Origin: Candidatus Thorarchaeota archaeon | Lineage (GTDB): Archaea; Asgardarchaeota; Thorarchaeia; Thorarchaeales; Thorarchaeaceae | Length of the DNA: 64,000 nucleotides | Assembly: GCA_029858305.1 (NCBI GenBank) | Contig: JAOUFI010000001.1 | Span: forward strand, 64,039 to 128,038 | Reading direction: 5' to 3' | Shown here: positions 60,301 through 64,000 of the stretch, in pieces | How the letters are laid out: each line of letters starts with the position of its first letter | How positions within the stretch are numbered: the stretch's first letter is position 1 | Position numbers and translations under genes: made by a program | Notes under the pieces: generated by a model | Seen by the model: the letters and a program-made list of their open reading frames with translations, nothing else | Database searches by the model: none | What the model was told of the DNA's origin: nothing

Positions 60301-61152
60301 CTATTCCACCTTCTTTCCAATCTCTTCCTTCGCTTTTGCCAATGCATATACCATGTAATCTGACGCGTTTCTGAGCAATTCCAGTTCGTCAATATCATCA
60401 GGTTCAATGCGATACAACCATCCTCTATCGTACGGGCTCTCATTGATGAGCTCAGGACTATCTTCGAGCGCACGATTTGATTCTACTATTGTTCCTGATA
60501 GGGGAACAATAATTTCAATCATGATTTTTGTTGATTCCATTGCTCCAACATCATCAAACATATCCACGTGGGTCCCGGGCTCAACGAGATCCACAAAGTA
60601 CACATCAGATATCATCTGTTGGAGGAGATCTGATGCACCAATCCTGACATGGTTACCGTCGTCCCACACCCAGAAATCATTATCAGAATACTTCAAGCCT
60701 TTCGCTACTCGAAGAGTGAATTTGTCGAATTTCTCTTCGAGATACTCGATCTCACGAGAGGGTTTTTCAGAAACTGTGGATGATGTTCTCTGAGTTCTCT
60801 TATTCAACTCAGATGTAGCTACATCGACCATTTGTTTTACCTTTTCTTCGAACTCCTCGACTGAACCGACAAGATCGGGGACAGACAGAACAGTAAGATC
60901 ATTGCGTCCTCGGTCGAGTGCAAGTTCAGAGGAGCATTTTATTCCGCAACCGTCAAGACAAATCACATTTGATGTTCTATAATCACGCATCTCGCCAGGT
61001 CGTTCTTTAAAGAGAGCACCCATGCTCCCGATGACCGCATCATCGAATTCCTCTAAGAGCTTCTCTGCAACGGCTCTCGTGACTCTTCCACCCGGGCGGT
61101 CATATCCTGCGCAGGGAAGGATATACGTACGTACCACAAAATTACACCTCAC
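60301..61152 (-). CDS. fusion of a DGC domain with a glycine-cleavage-H-like lipoyl domain
   Basis: N-terminal ILPCAGYDRPG...CLDGCGIKCS. C-terminal VRIGASD...VGAMESTKIMIEIIVPLSGTIVESN...SPYDRGWLYRI, a GcvH pattern with the lipoyl-Lys codon at 60526-60528. Confidence 0.7.
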   Translation of the reverse strand: MRCNFVVRTYILPCAGYDRPGGRVTRAVAEKLLEEFDDAVIGSMGALFKERPGEMRDYRTSNVICLDGCGIKCSSELALDRGRNDLTVLSVPDLVGSVEEFEEKVKQMVDVATSELNKRTQRTSSTVSEKPSREIEYLEEKFDKFTLRVAKGLKYSDNDFWVWDDGNHVRIGASDLLQQMISDVYFVDLVEPGTHVDMFDDVGAMESTKIMIEIIVPLSGTIVESNRALEDSPELINESPYDRGWLYRIEPDDIDELELLRNASDYMVYALAKAKEEIGKKVE

Positions 61153-61457
61153 TTGGCTCGTTCAGTCTTAATTAGGTTTAGAATGTCTGCTTTTAGTGGA
61201 AAGAAGATAGCATCCTTCGGACACATCTTCTTGCATGCTTGACAGAATACTACACAGTTATACCGGTTTTCAACATCGACCCTCGGAGGATTCTCGCGTG
61301 GTCTATAGACTCTGTGTGGACAGAATTTGATGCAATCATACTCACCATTGCATCCATCACATCTATTGAGGTCTATGGTCGGCCACCATGGTATCTTCTC
61401 ACGATTAACACCCATGAAAGTCGTGCCCGGTCCGGATTCACTGGATATCATACCCAT
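61149..61457 (-). CDS. small 2x[4Fe-4S]-type ferredoxin
   Basis: CDGCNGEYDCIKFCP and CVVFCQACKKMCP clusters. 4-nt overlap with the downstream gene. Confidence 0.7.
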   Translation of the reverse strand: MGMISSESGPGTTFMGVNREKIPWWPTIDLNRCDGCNGEYDCIKFCPHRVYRPRENPPRVDVENRYNCVVFCQACKKMCPKDAIFFPLKADILNLIKTERAK

Positions 61458-61827
61458 TTTTCTTCAGCTCCCCTGTGACCTTTTCAATTGCCTCATCAGT
61501 GGTCATGTCCCTTACATCAATCGGCACCAAATCTGTCTTAACATTCAGACCCCTTTTTTCAAATGCATCTCGAAAGAGTTTGTATTGCATGGCTGGTGCG
61601 CAACCACCGATGAAGACTTTCTGTCCTTGTCGTAGAACATCTTCCAAATATCGGTCGCCATCTTCTTCACAAAGCTGTGGATGGATTATTCCATGTTTTA
61701 CAGGAAGCACCATCCTTATAGTGTTGATGAAATCCCAGATATCCATCTTCTCAAAGCCGGGACATTTTCCTGTGCATACACACATGATGAATGCCGGTTT
61801 CTCAGAGCTCATAGTGATGATCACCAT
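61438..61827 (-). CDS. MvhD/FlpD-like Cys-rich redox protein
   Basis: By eye it aligns with the hydrogenase delta subunit: FIMCVCTGKCPGF, IIHPQLCEEDG and KVFIGGCAP. Confidence 0.5.
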   Translation of the reverse strand: MVIITMSSEKPAFIMCVCTGKCPGFEKMDIWDFINTIRMVLPVKHGIIHPQLCEEDGDRYLEDVLRQGQKVFIGGCAPAMQYKLFRDAFEKRGLNVKTDLVPIDVRDMTTDEAIEKVTGELKKNGYDIQ

Positions 61828-61927
61828 CTATTATTGTAATTATCGATATATTTCGATATATCAGTTTTTCTATACACTTGCTTTGCAACGGGGTTTCCTT
61901 GAAAATCACCACAATACACCCATTAAC

Positions 61928-62983
61928 CTAAACGGGATTACCCTTCCAGAATTTTCGCTTGTTGAGGGCTTTGGATAGATATACCAAACCCAGCATAATT
62001 GGGACCTCCCAGAAAAGCCCCATTGTGGTACCCAAGGCAGCAATTGATCCAACACCATAGATTGATACAGCTGTAGCGATGGCTATTTCAAAGTGACTTG
62101 AAGACCCAATTATGACTGTAATAACACCTTCTCGATATGCAAGACCTGCAGCACGCGTCACAAAGAGATTGTACCCTACAACGACTGCAAACCCAATCAG
62201 TAGGGGTATCGAAACCAGTACGAGGAGGTCTGGATTGTCCAACATTACAGCCCCGTTAAGGGAGAACAATACAACCAGAGTGCTTAGGAGCGCAATTAGC
62301 GCAACCTTGCCAACAGCAGGTCTATATTTGTTTTCAAACCAGTCTAGTCCTCTTGTATTGATTAGGTATCTCCTACTCGCCAACCCAAGAACCAGAGGTA
62401 TTCCAATAAACAAAAGAACCGAAACGAAAAGAAGCCATCGGTCAATCTGGATAGCTGCAATCCCTGTAAGAAGGGCTACTATGGGAGCATATAGGAAGAT
62501 GATTGTTGCTGTGTTAAGACTGGTGTTAATGATATTCTGCTCTTGGTTGCCCTCTGCCAAGTAACCCCATACCAACACCATTGCAGTACAAGGACTTGAA
62601 GATAAGAGGATGATTGCTACTATAAGTTGGGGATTGCCTCCAAGGAAGATGTTAGCAAGCAAGAATCCCACAACTGGAGAAATGATCCAATTAGAGAACA
62701 GAGTGAGAATGATTGGCTTTGGTGCCCTACCTAGTTTACGAAGTTCAGAAGTCTGTATGTTGAGCATAGCTGGATACATCATCAAGAAAAGGAAGATACC
62801 AATGGGTATTGATATTCCTCCAAATTGTAATGATGCAATTACTTCACCGATGGATGGAATGAACTGAGATAACAAAATTCCTGCAAGCATACAGAAGGCA
62901 ACCCACAGAGGCAAATATTTCTCGAATAGTCCGAGACGTTTACTTTCCGTAACTGGGCTTTCACTCATAATATCACCATCCAA
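61928..62983 (-). CDS. acr3: arsenite efflux permease, ACR3 family
   Basis: 351 aa, about 10 TM, with the ACR3 signature Cys context SSSPCTAMVLVWGYLAEGN. Confidence 0.88.
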   Translation of the reverse strand: MDGDIMSESPVTESKRLGLFEKYLPLWVAFCMLAGILLSQFIPSIGEVIASLQFGGISIPIGIFLFLMMYPAMLNIQTSELRKLGRAPKPIILTLFSNWIISPVVGFLLANIFLGGNPQLIVAIILLSSSPCTAMVLVWGYLAEGNQEQNIINTSLNTATIIFLYAPIVALLTGIAAIQIDRWLLFVSVLLFIGIPLVLGLASRRYLINTRGLDWFENKYRPAVGKVALIALLSTLVVLFSLNGAVMLDNPDLLVLVSIPLLIGFAVVVGYNLFVTRAAGLAYREGVITVIIGSSSHFEIAIATAVSIYGVGSIAALGTTMGLFWEVPIMLGLVYLSKALNKRKFWKGNPV

Positions 62984-63369
62984 TAATTGGCGAGTTGAAA
63001 CAACGAACTTTTTCGATATTTAAATTCTTCCATAAGTAAACTAATCTCTTAATGATCAATCATGGAGTTGATTCTGCTTGCACCGATGTAAATGCAATTT
63101 CTCAATCCGATTGGTGCTCCAATAACCTTGTTTTGGGTGCCTTGACCGACTACCCCTAAATATCTGACCCCGTCGAGATCCGTACCCATTCCTGCTCCGA
63201 AGAACAGGAACAAGCTGCTTCTATGAGACATAATACATCGGAGGGGATTGATGGAAGGTGAGAGTGACTCTCATCCTCTTCCATCCGCAGTTTCCGCTAC
63301 GAATATCTTGTTAAAGAAAAAATGTAATTATAAGCAGATATAACCACAGTTCATTTAGAGGATTAATAA

Positions 63370-63957
63370 ATGAATAGAATGAATCCTAAGGTTGATGCAT
63401 TTCTAAGCAAAACCAAAAAGTGGCAAGAAGAATTCAAGAAACTAAGAAGAATCATTCTTGACTGTCAGCTAACCGAGGAATTGAAGTGGGGTAAACCTTG
63501 TTACACGTTTCAGGGAAATAACGTAGTTTTGATTCACGGATTCAAAGAATACTGTGCAGTTCTGTTATTCAAAGGTGCCTTGTTGAATGATGCCAAGGGT
63601 ATCTTAATCTCACAAACGGAGAATACGCAGGCAACGCGCCAGATTCGGTTCACCAATGTTCGAGAAATAGTCGAGATGGAACCCATCTTGAAAGCCTATA
63701 TTCATGAAGCCATAGAGGTGGAAAAGGCAGGTTTGAAAGTGGACTTCAATAAGACTACAGAATACACAATTCCTGAAGAGTTTCAAAAGAAATTAAACGT
63801 AAATCCAGCCTTGAAGAGTGCTTTTGATGCATTGACACCGGGACGACAAAGGGCATACCTTCTCTATTTTTCTGCACCCAAACAATCCAAAACTCGGGAG
63901 TCAAGGGTTGAGAAATTTGTACAACAAATTCTCAATGGAAAGGGATTAAATGATTAA
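63370..63957 (+). CDS. YdeI/OmpD-associated family protein (DUF1801-like N-terminal domain)
   Basis: NPKVDAFL...KWQEEFKKLRRIIL...EELKWGKPCYTF, and C-terminal AFDALTPGRQRAYLLYFSAPKQSKTRESRVEK. Confidence 0.75.
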   Translation: MNRMNPKVDAFLSKTKKWQEEFKKLRRIILDCQLTEELKWGKPCYTFQGNNVVLIHGFKEYCAVLLFKGALLNDAKGILISQTENTQATRQIRFTNVREIVEMEPILKAYIHEAIEVEKAGLKVDFNKTTEYTIPEEFQKKLNVNPALKSAFDALTPGRQRAYLLYFSAPKQSKTRESRVEKFVQQILNGKGLND

Positions 63958-64000
63958 TCAAATAAGAGAGAAATAAAATGTCAAAGGCAAAAGACATTGA

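Noticed and set aside
61475-61978. 167-aa plus-strand ORF
   Set aside because: It is antisense to the MvhD-like gene and to the ACR3 3' end, and has no motif support.
63049-63231. 60-aa minus-strand ORF (MSHRSSLFLFFGAGMGTDLDGV...)
   Set aside because: It sits exactly at the length cutoff with no start context or family. It may be a gene fragment, but I cannot support it.

Overview
This window reads as a chromosomal segment of an archaeon with roughly 40% GC by eye. Evidence for archaeal origin: a geranylgeranyl reductase, an AfpA-type flavoprotein, F420/LLM-type oxidoreductases, TATA-box-like promoters and an intein-bearing class II ribonucleotide reductase. An Asgard-like source is plausible (WD40 protein, long 23S) but cannot be shown without searches.

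Main content:
- A stand-alone 23S rRNA gene (about 1155-4278, minus strand) with no 16S or 5S next to it.
- About 60 protein genes: housekeeping (RNase PH, SerS, transketolase, Nth, a MutY-like glycosylase, SufBD/SufC, NrdJ), redox, transporters, four membrane-anchored surface proteins and several regulators.

I recognised no CRISPR array, tRNA or intact transposase.

The most interesting signals fall below the 60-aa cutoff of the ORF track or lie in gene-order context:
1. Two paralogous genes for hyper-acidic, Trp-periodic microproteins (39817-39891 and 45300-45383). They share an upstream element, and their substitution and indel pattern supports the Asp/Trp reading frame. One sits next to a Lys-rich basic microprotein gene.
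2. A promoter-to-terminator unit of three tandem micropeptide genes (32962-33273). Two of them share the C-terminus STDAIT-AY-YR, with almost only synonymous differences between them.
3. An ArsR/ACR3 operon that lacks a recognisable ArsC. Instead it carries three DGC-domain proteins (one fused to a lipoyl-type GcvH domain), a ferredoxin, an MvhD-like protein and an ArsD-like protein.
4. An 875-bp gene-free stretch with GC-richer, hairpin-dense sequence that may hold an unclassified structured RNA.
5. A tandem pair of orphan SPPY-type DNA methyltransferases.
6. A tandem pair of duplicated-Lrp/AsnC-like regulators.

All family assignments come from motif recognition by eye. No database search, folding or statistics were run, and coordinates of RNA ends and hairpins are approximate.
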